Shown here: piece by piece, positions 21,935 through 35,063 of the stretch
How the letters are laid out: every line of letters begins with the position of its first letter
How positions within the stretch are numbered: the first letter of the stretch is position 1
Assembly: GCA_976226885.1 (NCBI GenBank)
Contig: OZ320321.1
Coordinates: 74,090,001 to 74,154,000 of the forward strand
Source: Iphione sp. A-MEVVRFRX5
Taxonomy: Eukaryota
Direction of reading: 5' to 3'
Length of the DNA stretch: 64,000 nucleotides
Notes under the pieces: model-generated
Database searches by the model: none
What the model saw: only the letters and a program-made list of their open reading frames with translations
What the model was told of the DNA's origin: nothing
Made by a program: the position numbers and the translations under genes

Positions 21935-24900
21935 TCAGCCATTTATGAGCTCCTTGTTGACCTCATAGAAGTTGGCCAAGGTGTACAGGCCATGTAGGCC
22001 CTCTTCCTGGGCACACTTGACAATGTGTACTGCCAGGTCGGGGGCCGAGTAGTGGGCAAGACTCTCGTCATTGGCAAAGCGCTCAATGGGAATGTACTCG
22101 AGCTCACTACAGTTGGTGAGGACATTGGGGAGTGAGAAGATCGAGCCGCATACGCAGGGTTGGTACTCTGGTAAGTCGGCCGGTCTCCTGTACCCCAGTC
22201 TCAGCCTGGTGATGATTGTTTCATGTGCACCGTGGGTGGGGGGCATGACTTCATAAGATGTCTGTGCCACTCCCAGCTCCTTGATGGAGATGCATTGTCC
22301 AGACTAGCCCCTCACTTCTCCAGTATTGCCCTTCTCATGGAGGAGAGTGTTTGCTGGAGTGAGGGGTTTGTCGGCATCAGGACCGCTGGCAAGAGCGAGG
22401 CTTCCTTGGCTGCTTTGTCTGCCTCCTCATTTCCGGCAATCCCGACGTGGGAGGGAATCCAGTGCAAGACTGTATCCCTGCCCAGGGAAGCACGGAAGTG
22501 TAGCAGTTCCTGTATGCGACTAGCTAGCACATGGATGTTGTCCACCTCCTGTATGGCAAGGATAACATTGTAGGAGTCCGAGTGGATTACCACTGGTTCC
22601 CTACTATGCTTATCCAATGCCAGGAGGATGGCTGCTAGCTCTGTTGTGAGACTAGACGCACCGTCACTGACTCTGGTGCCTTGGGCAATCCAGTCATGCA
22701 GGTTACCATCTAGGTAAGTGCAGGCTGCGCCTGCCCTGCCAGTGGCGGGGTCCGAGCTGCCGTCTGTGAAGACGTGCGTAGCTCCGGGCAGAAGTTCCCT
22801 AGTCTCATCTATCTCTGCGAGGGCAGTGGTCCGAAGTACCAAAGGGCTGATCTCATCCTTCTTGTGAGGGGGGAGATTGGCCACTATGGTGATCGGGATC
22901 CGTTCCCAGGGAGCGAGTTGGAGGGTTTCGGGAGTGGGGACGAGGCGTCCACCTATCTCCTTGGCCCTTCCCACTGCTGCCTTCAGAGCGAGGGGGAGCG
23001 GTGTCCCCGGCTCGTCTGAGCCCTCCAGCTCCTTTCTGACCTGTCTAGCGTACTCAGTGTCGAGTTTGCTAGCAGTTGGCACTAGGAAGCTGGAGAAGAC
23101 CTGGAGGATACGGTCCCGGATGGGAGGGAAGCCAGCCTCTGACCGTAGGTTCTCAACACGTGTACGCAGGGGGACGCAGTACATCTTGCGCAGAGCCCAG
23201 TTCTGTATGCGGTCCAGCCTTAGTAGCAGCGTGTTGTCTCTTTCTCATCCTCTTCTGTGCTTGGTCAGTTCTTACTGTTCCGAGCAGGAGGCTGAGATAG
23301 GGGGCTGTGTAGTCTATTACCAAGAGAACTGCCTGTACATAGTACTGGCGGAGGACTCTGGCACTGGCGCCCCATGAGAAGCCGGACAGAATGCCCATGA
23401 CTCGGAGTCTGGCCCTCAGCTGGTTGACTATGTAGTCGACCGCCGGCTTGAGGGTCAGCTCTCTGTCTACCATGATTCCCAGATACTTGTAGCTGGCGAC
23501 CCATTCGATGGTGTCATTGCAGAGTACAAGTTCTGGTCCTGGATTGCGCTCGTACATGCTCATAGCCTTGGTCTTTGGTCTCAAGACTTTCAGGCCCAGG
23601 CTACGGCACTTGTTGAGCACAACCTCCAGGGCATGGTTGGCTACCCTTTTTGCATCCAGATTGCTTCTGCAAATGAGCGCCACATCATCAGCGTATGAGA
23701 GCAGGGTTGTTCCCGGAACATGGGTGGCAACCAGTTGCTCCATGACACTGTTGAAGAGGAGGGTACTGAGTACGCCTCCCTGTGGCACTCCATTGTGCAG
23801 GTCATGGTAGGAGGAGGTCTCTCCCTGGAAGGACACTCTGGCCTTTCACTCCCTGAGGTAGTCGGTGATGAAGGCAAGAAGTTTGCCCTACACCCCCGAT
23901 CCTCCTAGGCAGCTCAGGACTACAGTGTGGTCCACCAGTTCGAAAGCCTTCTCCAGGTCCAGGAAAATGATGATGCATTTGTGTCTTTTCTGTCTGGCAG
24001 AAAGCACCTCTTTTAGGAGGGCCGCAACACAATGCGCCGTCGAACGGCCTTTTTCAAAGCCGTAGATGTGCTCCGGGGTCTTGTATCCGGCAAGCTCACG
24101 AGAGTGCCGTACCCGGTTGAGCACAATCTTTTCCAGGACTTTTCCCATGGTCTGGAGTAGGGTAATTGGGCACTGTCCTCCATCAGCTTTGGGAATGGGC
24201 ATGGTGTTACCCAGTTTCTAAGCTGGTGGGACTTCCCCTTTCTGGAAGACATCGTTCAGCACCTTGCAGAGCGTGTCCATGTTTCCAGAGTTTAGTTTTG
24301 CCAGTAGTACCTTTGGGATGCGATCGGATCCAGGAGCCGTGTTACGGGCTCCATGGAGTGCTCTCGCGATCTCCGTTGAGGTAATTTCGCCATCAAGCCC
24401 GTCTGGGCTTGGGCGCTCAGTAGCCTCTCTGATACTTTCCTCCCTTTCAGGTCTCAGGTTGGCTAGTGCCCTCCTGGGGCCCTCTGGGAGGTTGTCTGGG
24501 TTTGTGCGCTGAGTGAACAGCGAGGACAGCTCTTCCGCTTTCTCGGCAGGGTGAGGATGGAGGGATTCTCTGGGGGACAGTCCCCGTACGATTTGGATCT
24601 TGTCCCAGAGAACCTTGGTGGTGGTTTGTGCGTTGAAAGACTCACACCACTTCTGCCAGGATTTGCATTTTTCTGCCTGCTCGGCCCACTTCTGTGCCTG
24701 CTGAAGAGCGGCCAGCAGTGAAGGGGAGCGAGTTTTGCGATAGAGCCCACTGATGTGGTTGACAGTGGCGGTGGCTCGTTTGCACCGAGGTGTTGTACTA
24801 CCACCGCCTACTGTTTGGCCGCCTGGTCTCAGGGATATGCTTGTCCATGGCAGTCTGGATCATTCCAGCTAAAGTTTCGTGATCCAGCACCTCTCTACCA

Positions 24901-25660
24901 TCCTGCCTAACAAGGCTTTCAAGGCACTTGTTGACTTTCTCCCAATTTGCTTTAGGGAGGTTAAGCCGCCGAGGGCGAGTGGGTATGTGTACTTTGGGCA
25001 TTCCGATGCTAATCCTAGACCTGAAGTGGTCCGAGAAGAGCTCTGGAGTGACCTCCCACTGAGCTTTGTTGGCCAGCTGGTTGTTAGCCAGTGCCAGATC
25101 TATTGATGATCCCAACTGGTGGGTCGGCGACCCGTCGTTCAGGATCACCAGGGTAGTATTGTCAGTGAGTTCCTCCAGGAAGCGTTTTCCGGCATGAGAG
25201 TCCGGGTTGCTTTTGCCCCAAGCTGAGTGCTTGAGGTTGAAGTCACCAGCGATGAGCCGGTGAGCTCCATCCTGAGGAGCATCACTGCTCAGCCAGTCCC
25301 GAAGGGTGAACCAGGTTGAGCAGTGATGGTAGAGGTTGATGACTTCCAACTTGCAACCTTCGCGCAGTCGGAGCATAACCTTCACCATCTCAGTTTTGGG
25401 GTTAGGCTTTGTTGCTACCTGGATTTCCTCACAGGCTATCGAGCGCCTTACAAAAGTCGCGACACCCTGCTTCCCTTGTCCAGCCGGGGACTCAAAGGTC
25501 CTGTAGCCAGGAAGGGAGAGGCCAAGATGACGGCTGATCATCTCCTGGATCAGTAGGACGTCCGGAGCTTTCCTTCCGACATAATACAGCAGAACATCAT
25601 GACAGCCTGAGTAGCCTCAAATGTTCCAGCTGACTATTGTCAGTTGGTTGTTCCTTTCAT
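21935..25660 (-). pseudogene. LINE #2 ORF2 (APE, RT, RNase H, CCHC) with multiple frameshifts and stops
   Basis: GDFNLKH, SDHF, DLEKAFE, GVPQGGVLS, SYADD, YKYLG, FTDGS, WIPSHVGIAGNEEAD and CVC..........C across several ORF-track fragments. Confidence 0.9.
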
Positions 25661-25662
25661 GT

Positions 25663-27344
25663 CTACTGTCCTTCCCCATTGTTGGTGGTAGGAGTACTCT
25701 TCACTGGCTTGGAGGTGACCAGCCTAGAGGCAAGGTCAGAGATGATCTCCTCTGCATTGGGGGACTCACGTAGGGCCCTTATTAGCAGTTGGAGCATCCT
25801 GAGGATGTCTGCCTCACTAACCGGTGAGCAGCTGCATGAGCAGCATTTCTTCCTCTCGGAGTGCTTTCCTTCCTCAGTGGCTTCCTGAGTGTTCGTCCTT
25901 TGAGTGGGAGTGCCCTCAGACTGCAGAGCAGTCCTCGGAGCTTCTGTTGCCTTCCCCGAGGTTGGCAGCTTAGCATTTCCCTGGACCGGCTCTTTAGTCC
26001 GGTTCCGCTTGACAGGGTTGGCCTCCCCCAAGTTCGGCCTCCTGTTCTTTGCGGATCTCCGAGCCGCCTTGCGCTTGCCTTGCCCTTCCTTGACCAGACT
26101 AGAGTTTGGTTGTTTGAGAGGGGGGGCAGTTGCAGGCAGACCTTCCAGCCTTGGGGAGGAAATGATCGGAGTTGCTTCTTCCATGGCGGTAGACTGGCCA
26201 TTGGGCTCCGGGATCGATGCAGCTTTCCGAACCAGGGTGGAGTGTTGCTTCTTGGCAACCTTCCAAGAGGTCGGCTGTTGGTCGGCTCCGAGCCCTTACT
26301 AGTTGGCAAGCGCTGCCGCTCCTTATGGTTGGCCATGTTCTTGGCCCCTTTTGTAGGGGTTTGGGCCTTTGGAGTCAGCTTGGAGTTTTTCTGCTTCCCA
26401 GCAGCGTTCTGTTGAGGGTGAACCCAACCGTTCACCCTCTTCCAGACGGCCCTCCAGGCGGGGCAGGAGTGGACCCCAGCCTGGTGGGCCCCGGTGCAGT
26501 TAGCACACCGGAACCCCACTTCCCTGCCTGCAGTGTAGGTCCTGGTCGTGTGGGGCCCAGCACACTTCCCCCACCGTGCTGTTTGGGCGCGACAGTTCGC
26601 CTGCCTATGTCCATAGGCCTGGCACCTAAAGCACCTTGTGACCATGCTGTAGGGTCGAGAGACCTTACAGCGGCCATAGGCGCCCAGGTCCACCTTTTCA
26701 GAACAGTCCATCTCCAGCTCAGTTTCAATGGAGACTGCCCAGGTGGGACTGCCGTCTTTTTTGCAGATGCACTCTGCCTTAATGATTCCAATTTTTCCTA
26801 CCAGGTCGTCCGGTTTGATGCAAGGTCGGACTCCCTGGAGGACGTACTTTTCGCAGCGCCTGGTCAGTGCCAGACTCAGGCGTTCTGCGGTTTCTGCATC
26901 CCGGGCTTCTACATAAAACACTCCGTTCCTACCGTTGGTGGGGGCCTCAGGCTCAACTTCCACCTCTGAGTCATTGATGGAGGACAGTGACGAGTCAAAG
27001 AAGAGCCTGGTCTGGCTGATCTGTGAAGCACTTGGGGTGCCATGGGGAGTCTGTTCAATCCCCTTTAGCAGTGCATTCCTGTAACCTGCCTCGGGTCTGG
27101 TTACAGGGGGAGTTCCCGCCCCTGAACTCCCTGACTCGTCTGATGGTACTGCCCTCACTATCATTGTCCAGCCATCAACATCATTGCCTATGCTCGCGCC
27201 GGCAGCCACTGGCCTGCCTTTGGTGGTTGCCCTGCCACCGGAGCCTTCGTGTTTATTGGTTTCTCCCCTAGGGGAGTTTTGGGCAGCCGCCCCTCTGCCC
27301 CTTTCTGTGTGGGGGGATGTACCGGGGTACATCCCTCCTTGCAC
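25663..27344 (-). pseudogene. LINE #2 ORF1 with CCHC knuckles (frameshift near 26180)
   Basis: CFRCQAYGHRQANC, WGKCAGPHTTRTY (degenerate) and CANCTGAHQAGVHSC; homologous to ORF1 of LINE #1. Confidence 0.88.
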
Positions 27345-27363
27345 TGTTTTGAGTGGCCGCCCC

Positions 27364-27876
27364 TCAGCTCATGCCACTCATGCCAGTGTTCTTATTATAG
27401 GTCTCAGAGGTGCCTGGCAGGCCGACCTCACTGGGTTTGTCCTTTGCATCCTCTGTGGGATGGTTGCTTGGGTCCGGGTCTTGAGTGGTTGCCCTACCAC
27501 TCTGGCTGGTGCCTGCATCACCAGCTTGGGGGGTGCCCGACGGGCCAGTCTCCCCGAGGCTGTTACCAGCCACTGCCGCCGGCCTTTTGCTGGGGTTGCT
27601 ACCACTTTCACCGGTGCCCTCTTCACCGGGTTGGGAGGTGCCTGGCAGGCCAGCCTCCTCAGGTTCAGTGCTAGTAGTAGCCACCGGCCTACTACTGCTG
27701 GTGCCAGCTTCACCAGCAGGGGATTCTTTCCGAGCAGCCAACGGCCTGGTCGGTTCCTCTTTCGACAGGGAGGTGCCTGATAGGCCGGCCTCCTTGGGGA
27801 CAAAGTTGGTAGTAGGCACCAGCCTACTACTGCTGGTGCCAGCTTCACCAGCCGGGGATACGCTCCGAGCCACCAC
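27364..27876 (-). CDS. Low-complexity repeat ORF upstream of ORF1 (EAGTS / GLPGTS repeats)
   Basis: 170-aa ORF built from repeated peptide blocks, ending 20 bp before ORF1; may be a frameshifted N-terminus of ORF1. Confidence 0.45.
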   Translation of the reverse strand: MVARSVSPAGEAGTSSSRLVPTTNFVPKEAGLSGTSLSKEEPTRPLAARKESPAGEAGTSSSRPVATTSTEPEEAGLPGTSQPGEEGTGESGSNPSKRPAAVAGNSLGETGPSGTPQAGDAGTSQSGRATTQDPDPSNHPTEDAKDKPSEVGLPGTSETYNKNTGMSGMS

Positions 27877-28399
27877 TGGTCTGCTCGGCTCCCCTTTTGA
27901 CAGGGTGTCCGCCTGCTCACCCTTGTCGGAGAGGGTAGTCTAGGGTCTACCCCCAGTCTCAGGTTGTTCAAACCAGTCCGGCCTGGGTGTCGGTCGCTGG
28001 CGTGAAGGAGACGAGTGGTGAGTATGGGAGGATTTGGGAATGTGCTAGTGTTCGGTAGGAAAACAGAGATATCTCAGCTAAAAATGGGGCTAGAGAGGCG
28101 GGGTTTTCACTAAACTGTTCGGGATTGGGTGGGGGATATGCGTGGTGAGAATGGGGGGGTTAGGAGGAAGTTTGCATTGGGCAGAAAAACGTGGATAATT
28201 TGGCTAAGAATGGGTCTAGGAGGATGGGGTTTTCGCTAAACTGTTGGGGGACAGGTGGGTGATGCATGTGACAAGTGTGGGAGGGGTAGGGAAGGGTTTA
28301 CGTTAGGTAGAAAAATGGGTGTAGCTTGGCTAATAATGGGTCTAGAGGGACGGGGTTTTAGCTAAAATCTTGAGGATTGGGTGGGCAATATGTGTGGCG

Positions 28400-29250
28400 A
28401 GATTGGAGGGAATTGGGCAGGGTGAGGGTTGGGATGAAAAACAGGTATATCTTGAGAACTAAGGGGTGGATTTAAAAAAGGAAAAAAGGGTTGGGTTGCG
28501 GGCCAGGTGGGGAGTAGGAAAAAGTGAAAAAAAATAATTGGACAAAAACGGCTGCCAGGGGTTTTCTATCGGGGTTAGGGGGCTGAAAGTTGGTGGGAAC
28601 CTTGGGGAGCACTTCAGGGGGAGGAATCTAGAGTTTGGAGGGGATTGGGTGAGGTGAGGGTTGGGGAGGAAAACGGGAATAACTTGAGAACTAAGGGGTG
28701 GATTTAAAAAAGGAAAAAAAGGGTTCGGTTGCGGGCCAGGTGGGGAGTGGGAAAAAATGAAAAAAGTTAACTGGACAAAAACGGCTGCCAGGGGTTTACT
28801 ATTGGGGTTAGGGGGCTGAAAGTTGGTGGGGACTTAGGGAAGTACTTCAGGGGGAAGAATCTGGAGTTTGGAGGGGATTGGGCAAGGTGAGGGTTGGGGA
28901 GAAAAACGGGAATAACTTGAGAACTAAGGGGTGGATTTGAAAAAGGAAAAAAGGGTTGGGTTGCGGGCCAGGTGGGGAGTAGGAAAAAGTGAAAAGAATT
29001 AACTGGACAAAAACAGCTGTCAGGGGTTTTCTGTTGGGGTTAGGGAGCTGAGAGTTGGTGGGAACTTAGGGAAGCACTTTAGGGGGAGGAATCTGGAGTT
29101 TCGAGGGGATTGGGCGAGGTGAGGGTTGGGGAGAAAAACGGGAATAACTTGAGAACTAAGGGGAGGATTTGAAAAAGGAAAAAGGGGTTGGGTTGCGGGC
29201 AAGGTGGGGAGTAGGAAAAAGCGAAAAAAATTAACTGAACAAAAACGGTC
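28400..29250. repeat. About 3.6 x 232-bp G-rich monomers in the 5' UTR of LINE #2
   Basis: The same monomer as at 16330-17290 recurs at 28488, 28721, 28953 and 29185. Confidence 0.92.
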
Positions 29251-30582
29251 GCCAGTCACTCAGAGTTGCTCCGAGCGACTTGAAATTTACAGGTGTGAGA
29301 GGGAGAGGGGTGGCGGGTGGGTGTGAGAAGTTAGAGCGATCCGAGGTGTTTGAGGGGGGATGTCATGAGTTGCTCAGAGCAACTCGAAAAAGGTGTGAGG
29401 GTGTTGCGGGCCTGCTGGGGAGTGTCACTGTGAAGTTTGGAGTCAATCGGACAAGGTCGTGGTTGTGTCAAAAAACGGTGGTAGCGTCGTCGTAAATCGT
29501 TGTAGGAGGTCGGGAGTCGGTGGAAAAAGTTGCGGGCCAGGTGGGGGATACGGGTCAAGTCTAATCTCAAAAAGTAAATCTGAGTCGAACTCGTCGGTCG
29601 AAAATCGGTCGTAAATTTGCTGTAAATAGTCGTATGGGGTCGAAAGTCGGTGGAAGCAGTCTCCTTCGGGATCGGGGTAGGGGAAAAATACTATCGGAGT
29701 GGTATTCGGAGTTTCTGGTTCTGTCAGTAAACGGTCGTAGCATCATCGTAAATTGTCGTAGGAGGTCGGGAGTTGGTGGAAAACGTTGCGGGCCAGGTGG
29801 GGGATACGGGTCAAGTCTAATCTCAGAAAGTCGAATCTGGCTGGTCTGGGCTTGTCTCGGTCAGGCTTGTAGGAGTGTATAGCTAGAGCTACTCCACTCC
29901 TGGTCACGGCAGGCTTGGCTGGAAACTCCGGGGAGTGCGTCAGCCCATCACAGTCGCGGTAGCACCTTGAGAGAAGCTCAAGGGGAGTTCGTTCTGGATA
30001 CCAGTCGCAGAGCGAACTGATTTTAGCCCCCCCCCACCCGAAAACTGCACAGTGTCTATCAACCTGATAGGATACTTGGAGCATCTATTAACCAAGTCAG
30101 TGATAGTAGTCTCTGGACTGCAAAACAAATTCCATCGAATACAATCAATGCATACTATAGCAAACGCAAAAGTACAGGAAAAGTACAGGGAGGACTTGAT
30201 TAAGTTTTGCAGTCATAGTGTACATCAAAACAGCCAATAGCAGATGTAACATTAGAAATGTGGTCCATATTCGAAGGGATATACGATATACACATTGACA
30301 TCATTTTAAGATTTAAACGGTAAATTAATTTGTACATAATCATACTTTTGCTTACATATTTTGTGCTGTATTGGTGAAAAAGGGGTTATCACTTTTTGAG
30401 TATTTCAGTTCTGTTTGCATGTGGTAGCGAAGTAGGTGTGGATCATCGGCTACGCACTAGTAAAAAATGAAGTGAGACACAAAAGATAGACTGTACTTCT
30501 CCAGCTTCACACTAGTTGCTATGATTGGTGGATGTGATAGGCTCCATTTTTAAGTTAATGATTTACCAGTGATGGACTAAGG

Positions 30583-31454
30583 TCATACAATGTGGCTAGT
30601 AAAGATGAAATATGATAATTGATATTCAAACTCATCCTTTATCTGACTCTGTTGGTGAGAAATGTGCAAATTTATAATGGGAGTCGGTACTTCTAAAACA
30701 TCAGTAGCATTAGTATGGCCAGCTGTAGTTTCCAGATCAGGCACTCTGATTGAGAGGCTATGTTCAGGGAGAGCAGGACTGTCTTCTGTTGTGGTGCAGT
30801 CAGGAATCCTTGTACTCTCCATGACATGGCCGCTGACAGAGAGGTTGGCATCAGCAAAAGCAGGATCTCCAACTCTTGTTGAACCATCACAGACCCGTCT
30901 GCTTTCCAGAATAGGAACACTCACAGAGGGGCCATCTTCTGAGGGAGCTGGATTACAATTGTTGCAATTCCAATTAGGTAGTTTCACTTCTTCCCATACC
31001 AGCTGTCTGTAGAACTCCCTGCTGATGCCTAAAAACATATTCCAAGTGGAAAAGTGCAACAGTGTTTAAATAATGTATGGATATAAACAGTTAAAAAGTG
31101 AGAATGGGCTAGACAGATTGGTATAAAGACAGACAGAATGGGAAAGGTGACTGGATGATGACAGAGGGATAAGGTACAACACAATTAAATCCTACCAAGC
31201 AGAGAACATAATAATCAATTTGCATATCCAAATGTGTGATGGTAGGGAAATACATATATACAGGGACAGTAGGAAAGTGGAGGGAAATACATTGGCTCAC
31301 TCAGAATCAATTATACTTTAACAGAAGGAGCTATGAGGTAATGTTCTTCACAAACCTGTATTACAGACACAGTGCTGCCATCAACCTCATTGGTCAATTT
31401 GCAGTACCTCTTGTCTTCGCCGCACAACCTTGTTACAGGCCACACACTTGGCCA
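30583..31454 (-). pseudogene. Spliced PHD-finger gene fragment, copy 1 (probably MULE-borne)
   Basis: Exon MAKCVACNKVV..RQEVLQ...WQH.VCNTG, GT-AG intron at 31029-31355, then exon ISREFYRQLVWEEV...WNCNNC, giving a C4HC3 pattern. Copy 2 has exon 1 at about 37558-37652 and exon 2 at 32792-33183. Confidence 0.75.
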
Positions 31455-32791
31455 TGTTGATTTGAGCAATTATTATCTTCGGTCTGCAAAGAAGTTGAAA
31501 TACATGTATACTACAAAATATATCTGGACATATAATAGGTAGGAGGCAGTACTGCAGGCAGTAATACATATGTACTAGTACTACATATAACAGGCCCTAT
31601 CTTACACCTGACTCCTACATATATAATACATATCTGGACTTATTAATATAGGTGGGACTACAGGTAGTAATGTACATGTGGTAGTACTACATATAACAGG
31701 CCCTATCTTACACCTGGGATGGAAACTGACTAATGCATGAACATTACATCACATATCATACACATTATTATAGGTAATAATAGATATTTGGTAGTACTAC
31801 ATAAGAGATGCTATCTTATAGCTGGGAGAAAGACTGACTCCTATATAAAACATCACTGTTGACGGGCTTAGCAAGACAGTGTGTCGAGTTTGAAAGGTTA
31901 GTTTCACTTTTTATACTTTTTTTTAATGTGATTATTATTTTCACCAAATTCCCATACTAAGTTGAATGTATTTGTATTAGTAGCGAAATGGTTGGGTAGC
32001 AAAATGGTATGTGAAATGGTATGGGTCGAAAATGAGAGGTAGCAAAATGACTCCAAATGCCTGAGTCTCCCCCATAGTCACCCACACGCTGTTCAGATGG
32101 ATTCGTTTTACAATTACTGCATGTCTATGACTGTCAGATGTTGCAGAGAGTCTCATTCATTTATGTCAGTGTATTATTCCTGTTATATAACTTTTGTCGC
32201 ATACAGCACCTGAATGTAGTCCTGGCAGATTTCAGGGGGGGAAGGCTACTGGGTCATCCTACCAACCTGCCATATTCTTGAATCTGATGAAGACTGAATG
32301 GACAATCCTGATGCGGGTCGACGCTCCAGAGGAACCCCCTGTCTATCAGTGGCTGGCTGCACTACATGCCACCGTTACTGCTGACAGTGGTTGGTTGTCT
32401 ATGTGAAGGGTTTGCAGGGAATCCTTTGAAACAATCTCCTTACATCTAGCACATCTCCATCACTTGTTACATTGGGATTTTTGGCTTTCTTTCCTTTGTG
32501 TCTGTTAAACAGGTCATAAACTGGTCATATGGCATGTCCTGCAGCTCACATCATCTTCCATTTTCACACACTCTGCAGAAGTACATACTCTGGACACAGA
32601 ACGGGGGTGTTTTTTCTTATTTTTGTAAGGTTTGTGACAAGTGGTGCTGTTTAAGGAACCTGTGATTGACATCGTAGTGACCATTTTCATCTTCACTGGT
32701 AGTTACTTGATAGAAAAGGAATACAAGATGCTTGGGGTCTTCATTTTCATCAACAGAAGATCCTCTCAACAGTTTGTTGAACTTTGGTAGG
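30635..32791. repeat. Tandem segmental duplication, copy 1 (2157 bp, uninterrupted)
   Basis: Colinear with 32792-38996 once two insertions are removed; TC microhomology at the junction. Confidence 0.92.
31975..32062 (-). repeat. Short-repeat block resembling a Mutator/MULE terminal region (also at 38190-38282)
   Basis: Repeated CCATTT(T/C)GCTAC / CATTTTCGAC motifs upstream of the PHD gene. The matching opposite terminus was not found. Confidence 0.35.
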
Positions 32792-33183
32792 TCCTTTATC
32801 TGACTCTGTTGGTGAGAAATGTGCAAATTCATAATGGAAGTCGGTACTTCTAATACATCAGTAGCATTAGTATGGCCAGCTGTAGTTTCCAGATCAGGCA
32901 CTCTGATTGAGAGGCTATGTTCAGGGAGAGCAGGACTGTCTTCTGTTGTGGGGCAGTCAGGAATCCTTGTACTCTCCATGACACAGCGTCTGACAGAGAG
33001 GTTGGCATCAGCGAAAGCAGGATCTCCATCTCTTGTTAAACCATCACAAACCTGTATGCTTTCCAGAATAGGAACACTCACAGAGGGGCCATCTTCTAAG
33101 GAGGCTGGATTACAATCGTTGCAATTCCAATTCAGTAATTCCACTTCTTCCCATACCAGCTGTCTGTAGAACTCCCTGCTGAT

Positions 33184-34885
33184 TCAAGATTCAAGATTCA
33201 AGATTCAAGATTTTATTAATCATTCTTCGTGAACAGTTACACAAAGGTATCCGTGATTAATATGTGCATGTAAACAATGAAAATGTGCTAATAAACAAAT
33301 AAATGTATACCATCACCATGCTCGTTGTCGATATCACAGAAGTGTTACTTTCCCATAGGTTTCAAGGTTTTTTACACAAGGATAATTTGACTTCAATCAT
33401 TGTACCGTCGACACAGAAGAAGTATCCTAGCAGTATATTACCAAACCACATGTCAGTTATGCTTGAGTATAATATGCTTCAATGACCTGATCTTAACACA
33501 CCACTCATCTTAGTTTAGTCAACAAATAATAGGACCTACGGGAACCGGGCCAGCCGGACTCCCTGAATAAGTGACTAGTTATTGGTCTGGTGGAAAGACA
33601 AACCAATTCTTAGTTACATGCTCAACAGTCTTCCCAATGATTCCTTCCCCGACCCTATATCCCTCTTGCCACCCTTCTACAATCCAATCCTCTACCTTAT
33701 ACTCTGAATCTCGTCGTGGCCATACTTACATATCTAACCTTAGCCACACCCCTGACTACCTACAGACCACTACTTCGTCCCCACTCCCTTCTATTACTAA
33801 TTTCTCATACCTTCAACTGTTCCCAAAGTATCTGACCCACTGGACTCCCCTGACTCCCACTGAGGAATGATTACTGGTACAGTGCCTGGCTCAGTTTCTT
33901 GCTACTTAGCCTTTGGTCACCCCTGAGAGCTAGGGGAAGGCCATTCCATCTTCTCACACCTCCGTAATGTAGGCTTCTTGCATACCAGGATGAACGCGGA
34001 CGTGTGAGCTTGCCCTTTAGACCGTCTCCCCCCCTTGTCCTCCCTGGTTCCACATGCTGGATGAGGCCAAGGTGGAATTGCCTGTGGATCGCCATGATGC
34101 CCCGTCTCTCCGTTAGGCAACTCACTCGTTCCACTCCCATCTGTTGCTGAATCCTCCTTGCTGATACGAACTTGCCCTGTTGCATTGCTACCCTCACGCA
34201 TCTGTTAACCATCAGCTGCAGCTTCACTTTTTGTGCCTCCGACCCACCATAATGCAATACAGCAACATATTGTAAGTGGGGGAGACACGAGGCTTTAGTC
34301 AACTGCAGCCTTTCAGCCCACGGTATCTGACTCTTCAACCATCCTATCTGTGCCGCAGCATGCCACATTCTCCTTGTCACGCCCTGCAGACTGCAATTGA
34401 ACGTCAGGTTCTCATCTATGCGATAGCCTAACAGGCACAGGTTGCTTGCTCTCTTGAGAGGTTCCCCGTCCACCTTTAGGTCAAGGTCCAACCCCCTCGC
34501 CCTCTTCATTGACATGTACCCACACTTCTTCACGCTTAGGCGCAGTCCTGTCTGTGTGCACCATTCGGAGATCAGGTTAGAGCAGCGTTGGGCCAGTCCC
34601 CTCAGGCGCAGCAAGTCCTTCGCCACCACCACAACGGTGATGTCATCGGCGTATAACGTCAGGTGACAGCCCACGGGTATAATGTCAACGATGCTGTTTA
34701 CTGCCAGGCTGAAGCCACTCGGGCCAAGCACCGACCCCTGTGGGACCCCGTGCTTCAACGGGAGGCATTCCGAGGCAGCTCCCCTACAGGATACGTATTG
34801 CTCCCTGTCCCTGAAATAGTCTTCCAGCAGACTGACGACATTCTTGCTGGCACCCGCCTGCCTGACCCGGGATACAATCAGTGAA
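33184..34885 (-). mobile_element. 5'-truncated L2/CR1-like LINE with an uninterrupted RT C-terminal ORF
   Basis: GVPQGSVLGP, LYADD, LLGYRID and RRWNGLP; AATAAA plus (TCTTGAA)n tail; TSD TGAT at 33180-33183 and 34886-34889; empty site present at 31020-31030. Confidence 0.92.
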
Positions 34886-35063
34886 TGATGCCTAAAAACA
34901 TATTCCAAGTGGAAAAGTGCAGCAGTGTTTAAATATTGTATGGATATAAACGGTTACAACTTGAGGATGAACAAGTGAGAATGAGCTAGACAGATTGATA
35001 TCAAGACAGACAGAATGGGAAAGGTGATTGGATGATGACAGAGGGATAAGGTACAACACAATT

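Larger units (their letters stand above)
20682..30020 (-). mobile_element. Full-length but decayed I-group non-LTR retrotransposon #2
   Basis: Same domain order as LINE #1; (CAAGT)n tail at about 20682-20712; 5' end TCAGTTCGCTC at 30020; candidate TSD TTTTAG at 20676-20681 and 30021-30026. Confidence 0.88.

Noticed and set aside
1358-29882. Many plus-strand ORFs of 60-200 aa in the ORF track
   Set aside because: They are antisense shadows of GC-rich minus-strand TE ORFs or of UTR repeats, with no recognisable motifs.
30420-30462. GTAGC..GCTAC hairpin plus CACTAGT, a possible non-autonomous Helitron end
   Set aside because: Short stem and no identifiable 5' end or second copy; too weak to call.
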